NCBI GenBank assembly: GCA_050250895.1
Contig: JBFWNU010000004.1
Location: 160,001-224,000 of the forward strand
Length of the DNA: 64,000 bases
Direction of reading: 5' to 3'
Origin: Vulcanimicrobiota bacterium
GTDB lineage: Bacteria; Vulcanimicrobiota; Xenobia; Xenobiales; JADMJV01
The translations under genes were made by a program, and so were the position numbers. Below the pieces are notes generated by a model that was given only the letters and a program-made list of their open reading frames with translations, had not been told where the DNA came from and did no database searches. This document shows, in pieces, positions 29,974 to 41,667 of this stretch (position 1 is its first letter; each line of letters starts with the position of its first letter).

Positions 29974-31350
29974 TTGAAGCCCATCGCCGTCATCGGAGCC
30001 GGTCCGGCGGGGCTGACCGCGGCCTATCAATTGGCTCGGGCCGGCCGCTCGGTTGACCTCTATGAAGCGGCTTCAGGGGTGGGAGGCCTGGCTCGCTCGC
30101 TCGAGCTCTGGGGCCAGACGGTCGACCTCGGACCCCACCGATTCTTCACTCGCGATGCCCAGGTAGCCGCCTTCTGGCAAGAGATTCTTGGCGACCAGGC
30201 GCGCCGGGTCAGGCGATTCACGCGCATCTACTATCAGGGCCGCTATTTTCACTACCCCCTCAGGTTAGCGGATGTCTTCACCAACCTCGGCGCCCTGGAA
30301 TGCCTGGCCTGCGCCCTTAGCTTCGCCCGCGAACAACTGTGGCCCAGCGCGGACCGCGTCAGCCTCGAGGGCTGGCTGGTGGCCCAATTCGGGCGGCGTC
30401 TCTACGACAAGTTCTTCAAGAGTTATAGCGAGAAACTCTGGGGTCTGCCGGGGACCGCCGTCGACGCCAACTTCGCGGCCCAGCGCATCGCGGGACTGTC
30501 CCTGGTTGAAGCCCTCCGCTCATCCCTGGGCCTGGGCAGCCGCTCGCGCACCCTGGTCGACACCTTCGACTATCCCGCTGGCGGGACCGGCTCCTTTTAC
30601 CGACGACTGGCCGAGCGAGCTCAATTGGCCGGGCTGCGCCTATGGCTAAACACCCCCGTAGCCAGGGTCGAACTCCAAGGCTGCAACGTGCATGGTCTCC
30701 GCCTGGGGGATGGCACCTTCAAAGCGCACGCCCAGGTCGTGTCGACGATGCCACTGACCCGGCTGATCACGAGTCTAGCCGGGGCGCCCGAAGAGGTCCT
30801 TCAGGCGGCCGGCCAACTCCGGTTTCGTCAGACGGTGCTGGTCTATCTGAAGTTTGCGGATTCGAGCCTGTTTCCGGATAACTGGCTCTATATCCATCAG
30901 CCTGACCTGGGTCTGGGACGCATCACCAATTTTCGCAATTGGGTGCCCGAGCTCCACGGTCCCCACCCCGAAACGATCCTGGCGTGCGAGTACTGGTGCA
31001 ATCCCGGCGACGAGGTGTGGACCATGTCCGACCATGACTTGATAGCCCTGGCCGACGGCGAAGTGCTGGCCACCGGACTGGTGACCCAACCAGCCCTCGA
31101 CGGACGGGTGGTGCGCGTGCCCAACTGTTATCCCATCTACAGCCTGGGCTACCGACGGCACCTTGAAGTCGTCGAGCGTTATCTCGACAGCCTGCAGGGC
31201 CTCTACCCCATCGGTCGCTACGGAGCCTTCAAATACAACAATCAGGACCATTCCATCAAGATGGGCCTGCTGGCCGCCGAGAAAGTGCTCGGGGCCAACC
31301 ATGACCTTTGGTCGGTCAACACCGACTATGATCGCTACCAGGAGGGGTGA
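29974..31350 (+). CDS. FAD-dependent oxidoreductase (HemY/amine-oxidase-like, glycan-locus type)
   Basis: IGAGPAG, DLGPHRFF, GRYGAFKYNNQDHSI. Confidence 0.85.
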   Translation: MKPIAVIGAGPAGLTAAYQLARAGRSVDLYEAASGVGGLARSLELWGQTVDLGPHRFFTRDAQVAAFWQEILGDQARRVRRFTRIYYQGRYFHYPLRLADVFTNLGALECLACALSFAREQLWPSADRVSLEGWLVAQFGRRLYDKFFKSYSEKLWGLPGTAVDANFAAQRIAGLSLVEALRSSLGLGSRSRTLVDTFDYPAGGTGSFYRRLAERAQLAGLRLWLNTPVARVELQGCNVHGLRLGDGTFKAHAQVVSTMPLTRLITSLAGAPEEVLQAAGQLRFRQTVLVYLKFADSSLFPDNWLYIHQPDLGLGRITNFRNWVPELHGPHPETILACEYWCNPGDEVWTMSDHDLIALADGEVLATGLVTQPALDGRVVRVPNCYPIYSLGYRRHLEVVERYLDSLQGLYPIGRYGAFKYNNQDHSIKMGLLAAEKVLGANHDLWSVNTDYDRYQEG

Positions 31351-31376
31351 GAGGCTGCCAGAGGAAGATCCCCGCC

Positions 31377-32270
31377 ATGAAGATGGGATTGAGTCTACCC
31401 GTGATGGGCCCCGCCGCCGAGCCAGACCAACTCGTGGCCCTGACCAAATACGCCGAAGAGGCTGGCTTCTCGACCGTCTGGACGGCCGACCGTCTGCTGC
31501 ACCCGGTGAAGCCTCGCAGCCGCTACCCGGCGGCCCCTGACGGGCAGTTGCCACCAGAGTCTCGACGAGCGCTCGACCCGCTGGAGACGCTCTCGTTTCT
31601 AGCCGGCGCCACCGAAACCATCCGGCTGGGTACGGCCGTGTTGAATATCCCCTTCTACAACCCGGTGGTCCTGGGCCGTCGCCTGGCCACCCTCGACATC
31701 CTCTCGCGAGGCCGCCTCACCATCGGCTTCGGGCTGGGGTGGTCGGAGGACGAATTCGAAGCCAGCGGTACCACCGCTCGAGGACGTGGTCGACGGGCCG
31801 AGGAGTTTTTATCGGTGCTCGAGGCCCTGTGGGGCCCCGACCCGGTTTCGTTTGCCGGCCAATTCTACCGCGTGCCCGCCTCGCTGGTCGAAGCAAAACC
31901 CGTGCAAAAACCACGCCCCCCGGTCTTCCTGGCCGCTTTCGCCCCGGAAGCCATGGGCAGGGTGGTCCGGCGCGCCGACGGCTGGCTGCCGGTGGGCTTT
32001 CCCTTGCCGGCCTTGAAGGCAACCTGGCAGAGCCTGCAAGTCCAGGCCCGGGAGTCAGGCAGAGAGCTTCGCCTGATCGCCGGCTCGTTTGCCCAACTCA
32101 CCGAGCAGCCCCTCGACGATCCCCGGCCGATCCTATGCGGCTCGCGCGAACAGTGGCGGGCCGACCTGGCCGGCCTGGAAGAGATAGGCACCGAAGAAGT
32201 CTACGTAGTCGCCCGCGGCGGCCTCGATCAGGACCGCCAACTGATCGACACACTCGTCGCCCTCAGGTAA
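31377..32270 (+). CDS. LLM-class (F420-dependent-like) oxidoreductase
   Basis: AEEAGF..VWTAD, LDP, TIRLGT, LSRGRL..G.GW, ADGW. Confidence 0.88.
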   Translation: MKMGLSLPVMGPAAEPDQLVALTKYAEEAGFSTVWTADRLLHPVKPRSRYPAAPDGQLPPESRRALDPLETLSFLAGATETIRLGTAVLNIPFYNPVVLGRRLATLDILSRGRLTIGFGLGWSEDEFEASGTTARGRGRRAEEFLSVLEALWGPDPVSFAGQFYRVPASLVEAKPVQKPRPPVFLAAFAPEAMGRVVRRADGWLPVGFPLPALKATWQSLQVQARESGRELRLIAGSFAQLTEQPLDDPRPILCGSREQWRADLAGLEEIGTEEVYVVARGGLDQDRQLIDTLVALR

Positions 32271-32350
32271 CCGCTCGCTCGGATACAAACCGCGGAGGTC
32301 GCGGAGCCGCGGAGGCGTGACCGCTGCTGGCGGGGTCGGTTGGCGCTGGT

Positions 32351-32848
32351 TCACTCCGCCAAATCTTGTAGGCGTGAGTTTAAGACCTCCTGGAGTTGAG
32401 CCAGCGTTGCCTTTCGAGCCACCCCCTGAAACTCTTCGCCTCGATCGTCGGTGATCAGGATCCATTTCCGCCCCCGGGCTTGGCCGGCGATGTGCCAATC
32501 GGTAGTCCCAGGGCATGAGGTCCCCCCGGGCGCCTCCGTTACTCCCAGACAATCCATGCAGCGCTTCTTGCGGGCCTCGTGGCGCTCACCTTTCTCTGGA
32601 AAGAGTTCACACACCATCTCAGAAAAGGCGATGGCGTCGCTATCGTCATAGCTCTCGACAGAGACGCCCTTCAATTTCAATGTTTCTAGCGGAGTTTGAA
32701 GATCGAAGTTCGCTCCGAATCTCTCCCTCTCCTGAGCCAAATGCTCGGCATGCACAAGAGCCGGGACTACCAGCCGGAGTTCCAGGCCGTTCTCCTTCAA
32801 GCGGTTAACGGAGTTCGCTAACTCCAAGATCTGGGCCTTCGCGTCCAT
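32351..32848 (-). CDS. PIN-domain-like protein, apparently lacking the N-terminal DTN strand
   Basis: VVPALVHAE, DWHIAGQA...ILITDD..F C-terminal PIN motifs. Confidence 0.55.
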   Translation of the reverse strand: MDAKAQILELANSVNRLKENGLELRLVVPALVHAEHLAQERERFGANFDLQTPLETLKLKGVSVESYDDSDAIAFSEMVCELFPEKGERHEARKKRCMDCLGVTEAPGGTSCPGTTDWHIAGQARGRKWILITDDRGEEFQGVARKATLAQLQEVLNSRLQDLAE

Positions 32849-33890
32849 TCTCCATGGCGTAGAACGTTCCACCAACCTCAAAAGCGGGCGAATGGCTGCT
32901 GAGAATCAGTTGGGTGGGACCACGTGAGTCACGCGTCAGATCGGCAAGAGCGTCTCGCAAAGCAAGCTGACGCGAGTATCGGAGATTCATCTCCGGCTCC
33001 TCCACAGCCAGCAGCGTTGCACCCGAAACCAAAGCATGACCAAGCAGAGCGGCGATCTGCTGTGTTCCAGACCCCATTAACTCCATCGGCACCACCGTCA
33101 GGCGGCCCGCCTGCCGCTCAACCGCCAGAGAGGCGCGCTCCGCGTGACGGTCGTATCGCGCGACGACCCGCTCGTTCGCTCCAAGGTCAAGAAGCTTGCC
33201 CACGGTGTTGGCATAGAGACTCCACCGTTCGCGCATCTGCGCATCCGCGGATTGAGAGGCATCGTAGAGTTCGAGGGCCAAAGAAGATGGTATCAAGTTT
33301 CTCGGTAGATGGCTCTCGCCTGGCGTATCCAGCGGAAGCCGATTCGCAGACACGAGTTGAAAGCGAGGCCTGCCTTCGGAGTTCCCGACGAGATGATGGC
33401 TAGCGAGAAACCAGGCGAAACGTCGCGCATACTCTCCCTTTTCTTCGTTCAGATCTTGGGTGGTAGTCCCGTCGGCGAATTCGAACTTAACGGTCCAGGC
33501 GGCCCCGCCAGCCTGGTCATTCTCGAGTCGAATCGTGACCTCTATCGTCTCGCAGGGCAACAGAGGTTGGATACCAGAGGCCCGCAGCTCTTCGTCACCG
33601 ACGGAGAGGCGGAGCCGCTGAATGATCGGGGCCGGGCTCTCTAGATTGAAGGCGAAGCGCAGAGGTCGTCCCGTTTCCTTCTGAAACTCCGCCGGAGAGA
33701 TTACTTCCGCCCTATGAAACGGAAGTCGCTTTCGCCCCAAGAGGCGAAAAGCCAGCTCGATGGATTCCAGCAGGTTTGACTTGCCAACGTCGTTGTCACC
33801 ATGAATGACGTTGAGCTTCTCGAGTGCGACGAGTTTCACCTCAGCGGTTAGGTTTTTGTAGCCTTGAACGCTGTATCCCTCAAGCTGCAT
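32805..33890 (-). CDS. ABC-type (AAA_15/AAA_21, OLD/AbiEii-like) ATPase
   Basis: GYKN, GDNDVGKS, MGSGTQQ, LLAVEEPE, SSHSP; AGAGG RBS. Confidence 0.85.
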   Translation of the reverse strand: MQLEGYSVQGYKNLTAEVKLVALEKLNVIHGDNDVGKSNLLESIELAFRLLGRKRLPFHRAEVISPAEFQKETGRPLRFAFNLESPAPIIQRLRLSVGDEELRASGIQPLLPCETIEVTIRLENDQAGGAAWTVKFEFADGTTTQDLNEEKGEYARRFAWFLASHHLVGNSEGRPRFQLVSANRLPLDTPGESHLPRNLIPSSLALELYDASQSADAQMRERWSLYANTVGKLLDLGANERVVARYDRHAERASLAVERQAGRLTVVPMELMGSGTQQIAALLGHALVSGATLLAVEEPEMNLRYSRQLALRDALADLTRDSRGPTQLILSSHSPAFEVGGTFYAMENGREGPDLGVSELR

Positions 33891-34138
33891 GGCACCTCTT
33901 TACCAACCAGGTCTCATCCAAGCCTATTCAACCCAAACGGTGATCAGGAGTGAGCAGCCAAGGGCTTGCTCCCATCGATGCGACGAATGAGCCCACATTT
34001 CCGGGGATCTGAGTTGGGGATGTGAGGGCGCTTCTCCTGCGTTTGTTTACGACTTCCTCAACCCCTCACATTTCGGTCAGCCGATGGTGCTCCACGTTCC
34101 CGTCAGTCACCCCTCGGCGCCTTCGCGCCTTCGCGGTT

Positions 34139-34174
34139 TTCCAAGCGGCGCGCACCTTCCAAGCGGCGCTCACC
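34139..34174. repeat. 2x 18-bp direct repeat TTCCAAGCGGCGC(G/T)CACC
   Basis: 34139-34156 and 34157-34174. Confidence 0.7.
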
Positions 34175-34188
34175 CTCAGCCAGCACCG

Positions 34189-35409
34189 CTAGAAAAGGGC
34201 CAGCTGCTCAGCGCTCTCGGTCTCGGCCTCGAGGACCTTGCCATAGTGGCCTCCTCCGCCGGCCGAGAACTCGAGGCGCCCGTCGCGGGCGGCCAGGATC
34301 TTGTCGGCGAGCTCCCAGCCCACCAGGGCGGCGAGCTTCGCCCGGCTGGCTTGATGGAGCACGGCCATCTCGCTGCCCAGATGGCGTATCAGCAGGTTGA
34401 GACCGCGCCGGCCCAGGCCCGGCACGAAGCTCAGCGGGACCTGGTAGTGATAGGGGGGCCGGTGGGGCGGATGGTGGGGTTGGCCGTAGTCTGCGATCTG
34501 GGCCACCCGGTCGACCACTCCCCGCACGAACTCGCGACGGTGCTCGCCGCAGCGAGGACACAGCAGCACGGGGGCGGGACCGGACATCGGCTGGTCGCAC
34601 TGGTGGCAAAACGAGCGGTGATAGCGCCCCAGATTGGGGTTCATGCCATAGTTGGCCAGCACCGCGCGCCCGCCTTCGCGGCGTAGAGCCAACATCAACT
34701 CACGGAAGTTGGGCGCCTCCATTTCGATCAGGTTATACTCGCGACCGATGCGTCCCAACGAATGGGCGTCGGAATTGGATAGAAAGGTCAGACCCCCGAG
34801 TTCCTGGATGCGGTCGGCCAGAGGGGTGTCGCTAGACAGGCCCAATTCGAGCCCGGCCAGTTCGTCAAAGCTCTCGCCGAAGAGTTCTTGCAGGCGGTCG
34901 CAGGCATTGCCGTAGACGCTTTTGTGGGGGGTGAAGGCGTGGGCTGGGATGAGCACTCCACCGGTGTTCTGCACCACCGCGTGCAACTCGCGGGCGGGCA
35001 GGCCACAGCGCTGGGAAGAAAGCTCCATGTTGGTGATGTAGCGGGTCATCACCCGTGAGAACTCGGCCAGATTGCGAAGATAGGGAAAGTAGCACAGGTG
35101 GTGAGAAACACCACCGTCGTCTTCGACCGCCTCGACCTCGGCGCCAGCGATGACGGTGACCCGTTCGCGGTGGCGCAATCCGCCCTCGGGCAACTCCATC
35201 AATTCACCCCGGTCGATCAGCCGACGCAGGTCTTCGAGCACACCGGTGCAGGCGCAGTCGATGATACCGACCATATCGATGCCTTTACGCTCGAGGCATT
35301 CGCGAATCACCGCCTCGAAGGTGAGCTTTCGGCTAGCCGTGATCTTGACGGCTTTGCCCTTGCCGTTCTGGCCGATATGAACGTGAAGGTCGACGTAGTA
35401 AGACTGCAT
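34189..35409 (-). CDS. endonuclease Q family (PHP domain + zinc finger)
   Basis: DLHVH, PAHAFTP, ELGLSSD, NSDAHS, GRYH, CHQC/CPRC, RPPY. Confidence 0.88.
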   Translation of the reverse strand: MQSYYVDLHVHIGQNGKGKAVKITASRKLTFEAVIRECLERKGIDMVGIIDCACTGVLEDLRRLIDRGELMELPEGGLRHRERVTVIAGAEVEAVEDDGGVSHHLCYFPYLRNLAEFSRVMTRYITNMELSSQRCGLPARELHAVVQNTGGVLIPAHAFTPHKSVYGNACDRLQELFGESFDELAGLELGLSSDTPLADRIQELGGLTFLSNSDAHSLGRIGREYNLIEMEAPNFRELMLALRREGGRAVLANYGMNPNLGRYHRSFCHQCDQPMSGPAPVLLCPRCGEHRREFVRGVVDRVAQIADYGQPHHPPHRPPYHYQVPLSFVPGLGRRGLNLLIRHLGSEMAVLHQASRAKLAALVGWELADKILAARDGRLEFSAGGGGHYGKVLEAETESAEQLALF

Positions 35410-35464
35410 CCCCGCTGGTTCGCTTGAATGCTATTCGAAAACCTGTCGAAAATCCCTCAACCGT

Positions 35465-36559
35465 TCAATCGTCGAAGACGGTGATCTTGGTGCGGGCCAG
35501 CTCTTGCTGGCGCAACCGCAGCTTCGAAGCCCGCTCTTCGAGCTTCTTGACCTCGTCGAAGCGACGCTGCTGGCGCATCAAATTGGCGCAGTCCTCCAGG
35601 CACGAGGCCACCTCGATGTGATAGGGTCCATAGGCATCCAGGTAGATCTGGAGCGACCGGCGCAAAAGCTGCTCGGCTTTCTCTGGCTTGCCCTGACTGT
35701 TAAGAACCACGGCGATCTTGCGAAACACTTCAGCGCAGTCGGGGTGAGAAGAGCCCAGCCGTCGCTCGCGGATGGACAGAGCCGCCTGATACAGGGGCTC
35801 GACGCTCTGGCGCTTGAGCGAGGGCCCCATGGCCAACTCGCCGGCCTTACGGGATTGGCACAAGTAGAGGTCGCCCATGTGGACCAGACAGGTGGCCACA
35901 TCGGGGTGCTGCGGCCCCTGGGTTCGCTGCAGGCACTCGAGGGCGCGTACCAGCAAAGTTTCGGCTCGAGAATACTTCTTCAGCTGGATATAGAGAGCTC
36001 CCATGCCGCTGAGCACCAGGGCCACATTATGGTGGTCCCTGCCCAGGATCGACTCGGCGATGCGGCGGGCGCGCTTGTAGAGCGTTTCGGCCTGCTGCAG
36101 CTTGTCGAACTGGGTATAGAGCCGGGCCAGGTTGGACAGGCAGGCGGCCAACAGGTAATCTTCGGGTTGTTCGCGCTCTTCGTAGATCTCGAGAGCTCGT
36201 TTGTAAAGCTGGCGGGCTTCGGCATAGCTGCCGATGCGCTGGTGAAAGCCAGCCGCATTGTTGAGGCTCATGGCCATGCACTCGTGTCCCGAGTCGACCA
36301 CCTTCCAGATGCGCAGAGCCAGGTTGTAGAGGTCTTCGACCTGACGCACCCGCCCGCGCGAGCGCAACACCACGGCCAGATTGTTCAAACTGGTGGCCAG
36401 GCGGGGGTCGAACTCGCCAAAGGTCTTGGCCATCTTGACGGCCTCCCAGTAGTACTCCTCAGCGAGTTCGAGGCGCCCGTATTGAAAAGCTTGCGAACCT
36501 CGGTCGCAAAAACTCTCCCATTGTCGACTATCGGCTACTGGTGCGGGAGTGACTGCCAC
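35465..36559 (-). CDS. 42-aa TPR (kinesin light chain-like) protein
   Basis: ATSLNNLA, HPDVA repeats. Confidence 0.85.
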   Translation of the reverse strand: MAVTPAPVADSRQWESFCDRGSQAFQYGRLELAEEYYWEAVKMAKTFGEFDPRLATSLNNLAVVLRSRGRVRQVEDLYNLALRIWKVVDSGHECMAMSLNNAAGFHQRIGSYAEARQLYKRALEIYEEREQPEDYLLAACLSNLARLYTQFDKLQQAETLYKRARRIAESILGRDHHNVALVLSGMGALYIQLKKYSRAETLLVRALECLQRTQGPQHPDVATCLVHMGDLYLCQSRKAGELAMGPSLKRQSVEPLYQAALSIRERRLGSSHPDCAEVFRKIAVVLNSQGKPEKAEQLLRRSLQIYLDAYGPYHIEVASCLEDCANLMRQQRRFDEVKKLEERASKLRLRQQELARTKITVFDD

Positions 36560-36603
36560 TGTCTCGCCTGGTGACCTCTTTCCAGAAATGGTATGATGGG
36601 CAG

Positions 36604-37587
36604 ATGTTGGAAGCCGTCCTGGTCAACGAACCCCACGGCGACCCGGCCGTTCTGGTGAACCTGGCCAATCGTCCCGAAAGCTACCTGCTCGATTGCGGGT
36701 CCCTTCACCCCCTGCGCATTCGTGACCTTCAGCGGATACGCCGAGTGTTCGTTACCCATACTCATATCGATCACTTCATTGGCTTCGATCATCTAGTGCG
36801 CATGCAGCTTTTCTGCCCTCACGAGCTCGAGGTCTATGGTCCCGATGGATTGACCGAGCAGGTGGCCGGCAAGCTGCGTGGCTATGCCTGGAACCTGGTC
36901 GACAAGTCGAGCTTCGTGATCGTGACCCACGAGTTGACCGAAGAGCAGTTGCGCACGACACGCTTTCCCTGCTGTCGCCAGTTCGAGCCCGAGCCCACTC
37001 TCGAGGCGACCCTGCCCGACGGTCTTTCTTTGCCCGAGGGACCGCGACTGAGCTGGTGCCGGGTCGAGCATGGCGTAGCCTGCCTGGCTTTCTGCCTCAG
37101 GGCTCCCGACGAACCCAGGGTTCAGAAAGCGGCTCTAGCCGCTTTCCCTCACCGACCCGGCCCCTGGCTGGCCGAATTGAAAAAGGGACCGGGCCCCGAT
37201 CTGATGATCGAAGGCCAGACCTACAGTCGTGAAGAGCTGGCCCGGCGGCTGCTAGAAGAGGTCAAGGGCTATGCGTTGGGCTATGTCAGCGACACCATCT
37301 TCAACAAGCAGACGGCCAAGAAGATGATCGCCCTGTTCCAGGGCTGTGACGAGCTTTGGAGCGAGGCGGCCTATCTCAACGACCAGCTAGAGAAGGCTCG
37401 CGAGCATCGCCACATGACGGCCCGCCAGGCGGGCCGGCTGGCCGACTCGGCCGGGGTGGGCAAACTGCATCTCTTTCACCAGTCCCGACGCTATGACGCT
37501 GGCCAGCAGCCCCATCTCGAGGAAGCCGCCAGCGTCTTCGCCAACACTGTTCCAGCTAGCCGTTACGACGCTGGAAGTCGGCCATGA
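36604..37587 (+). CDS. RNase Z-like metallo-beta-lactamase
   Basis: THTHIDH, VSDT, HMTARQAG, LFHQSRRY; TATGAT just before ATG. Confidence 0.85.
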   Translation: MLEAVLVNEPHGDPAVLVNLANRPESYLLDCGSLHPLRIRDLQRIRRVFVTHTHIDHFIGFDHLVRMQLFCPHELEVYGPDGLTEQVAGKLRGYAWNLVDKSSFVIVTHELTEEQLRTTRFPCCRQFEPEPTLEATLPDGLSLPEGPRLSWCRVEHGVACLAFCLRAPDEPRVQKAALAAFPHRPGPWLAELKKGPGPDLMIEGQTYSREELARRLLEEVKGYALGYVSDTIFNKQTAKKMIALFQGCDELWSEAAYLNDQLEKAREHRHMTARQAGRLADSAGVGKLHLFHQSRRYDAGQQPHLEEAASVFANTVPASRYDAGSRP

Positions 37588-38659
37588 AGTCGACCAGAGC
37601 CTGCACTCCAGCCGGCTCGAAAGCGTTGTAGATCGAAGCTCTCAGGCCTCCCACGTCGCGGTGACCCTTAAGACCCGACAGTCCCTGCGCCTCGGACTCT
37701 TTAGCGAATCGGGCCTCGAGTTCTTCGCTGGGCAAACGGAAGGTGACGTTCATTAGCGAGCGCCACTCGGGAGCGGCGTGGCCGCGATAGAACCCGCCGC
37801 TGTTGTCGATAGCCGAATACAGCATGTCGGCCTTCTTCTGGTTGCGCTGGTGGATAGCGTCGAGACCACCGATGTCGTCGAGCAACCACTGGGTGACCAG
37901 GTCGATGATGTAGATCGAGAAGACCGGGGGCGTGTTATAGAGGGATTCTTTCTCGGCCATGACCTTGTAGTCGAGCATGGTGGGAAAAGTCTTGTCGACC
38001 TGGGTGGCCAGGAAGCTCTTGCGGGCCAACACCAGGGTGCAACCGGCCGGGCCGACGTTCTTTTGGGCTCCAGCGTAAATCATGGCATACTTGCTTACAT
38101 CCAGCGGCCGGTGGAGAAAGTCAGAGGAAGCATCGCAGACCAGCGGCACCTTGCCGGTGTCGGGGTCGTAGTGGAATTGGACGCCTTCGATGGTCTCGTT
38201 GGAGGTCATGTGGACATAGGCCAGACCCTGGTCGACCTTGAGCTCGGACTGGCTGGGCATGCTCTTGAAGCCACCCCCCTGGCCGTCCCAGATCACTTCG
38301 ACCTGGCCGTGTTTTTTGGCCTCGGAAATGGCCTTCTTAGCCCAGGCGCCGCAGCGGATATAGCCAGCCTTGCGACCTTCGAGAAAGTTCATCGGCAACA
38401 TCGAGAACTGCAGGCTGGCCCCGCCCTGAAGGAACATCACGGTCCAATCGTCATCGAGACCCAGCAGCTTGCGCAGGTTGTTCTCGGCCGATTTGATGAT
38501 GGCGTCGAACTGCTTGGAGCGGTGGCTGACCTCGAGGATCGAGGCGCCCGCGCCGGGCAAACAGAGAAGATCTTTCTGGGCCTTCTCGAGCACCGATAGG
38601 GGCAGGACGGCCGGGCCGGCCGAGAAGTTGTGAACACGCTGGGTGGCAGTAGTCGACAT
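37556..38659 (-). CDS. serC: phosphoserine aminotransferase
   Basis: NFSAGPA, GGASLQF, NETIEG, AGAQKN, YNTPP, GHR..GGLRASIYNA. Confidence 0.97.
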   Translation of the reverse strand: MSTTATQRVHNFSAGPAVLPLSVLEKAQKDLLCLPGAGASILEVSHRSKQFDAIIKSAENNLRKLLGLDDDWTVMFLQGGASLQFSMLPMNFLEGRKAGYIRCGAWAKKAISEAKKHGQVEVIWDGQGGGFKSMPSQSELKVDQGLAYVHMTSNETIEGVQFHYDPDTGKVPLVCDASSDFLHRPLDVSKYAMIYAGAQKNVGPAGCTLVLARKSFLATQVDKTFPTMLDYKVMAEKESLYNTPPVFSIYIIDLVTQWLLDDIGGLDAIHQRNQKKADMLYSAIDNSGGFYRGHAAPEWRSLMNVTFRLPSEELEARFAKESEAQGLSGLKGHRDVGGLRASIYNAFEPAGVQALVDFMADFQRRNG

Positions 38660-38708
38660 TGGTTCCTCCAGTTAACTTTCCAAGCTGATACCCGGGGCGA
38701 GCCCGGCC

Positions 38709-41434
<2,726 letters not shown>

Positions 41435-41667
41435 GAGAAGGAGACTCCTCTCAAGTATTCGGGGCGCGAAAACATCCGCGCCTTAGGCACATAGTGTCTA
41501 AAATTATTCACATAATTCGTCGAACATGACCGTTCCCCTTCCGAGGGCGACATGTCCGGCCAAAGGCTTCAGCTGTTCGGTTTGTCTTTCGGGGCACCTG
41601 CCGAACGGCGACCAGAATTCCCCCCAACCGGGTAGGAGGCGGCCCGACGGGGAATAACCAAGAGGAA

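Larger units (their letters stand above)
32287..34139. mobile_element. cassette bounded by 35-bp imperfect inverted repeats carrying ATPase + PIN-like genes
   Basis: 32287-32321 vs reverse complement of 34106-34139: 29/35 identical; interior visibly more AT-rich; no transposase. Confidence 0.55.

Noticed and set aside
32287-34139. Classical IS element
   Set aside because: No transposase and no target-site duplication; kept only as a repeat-bounded cassette
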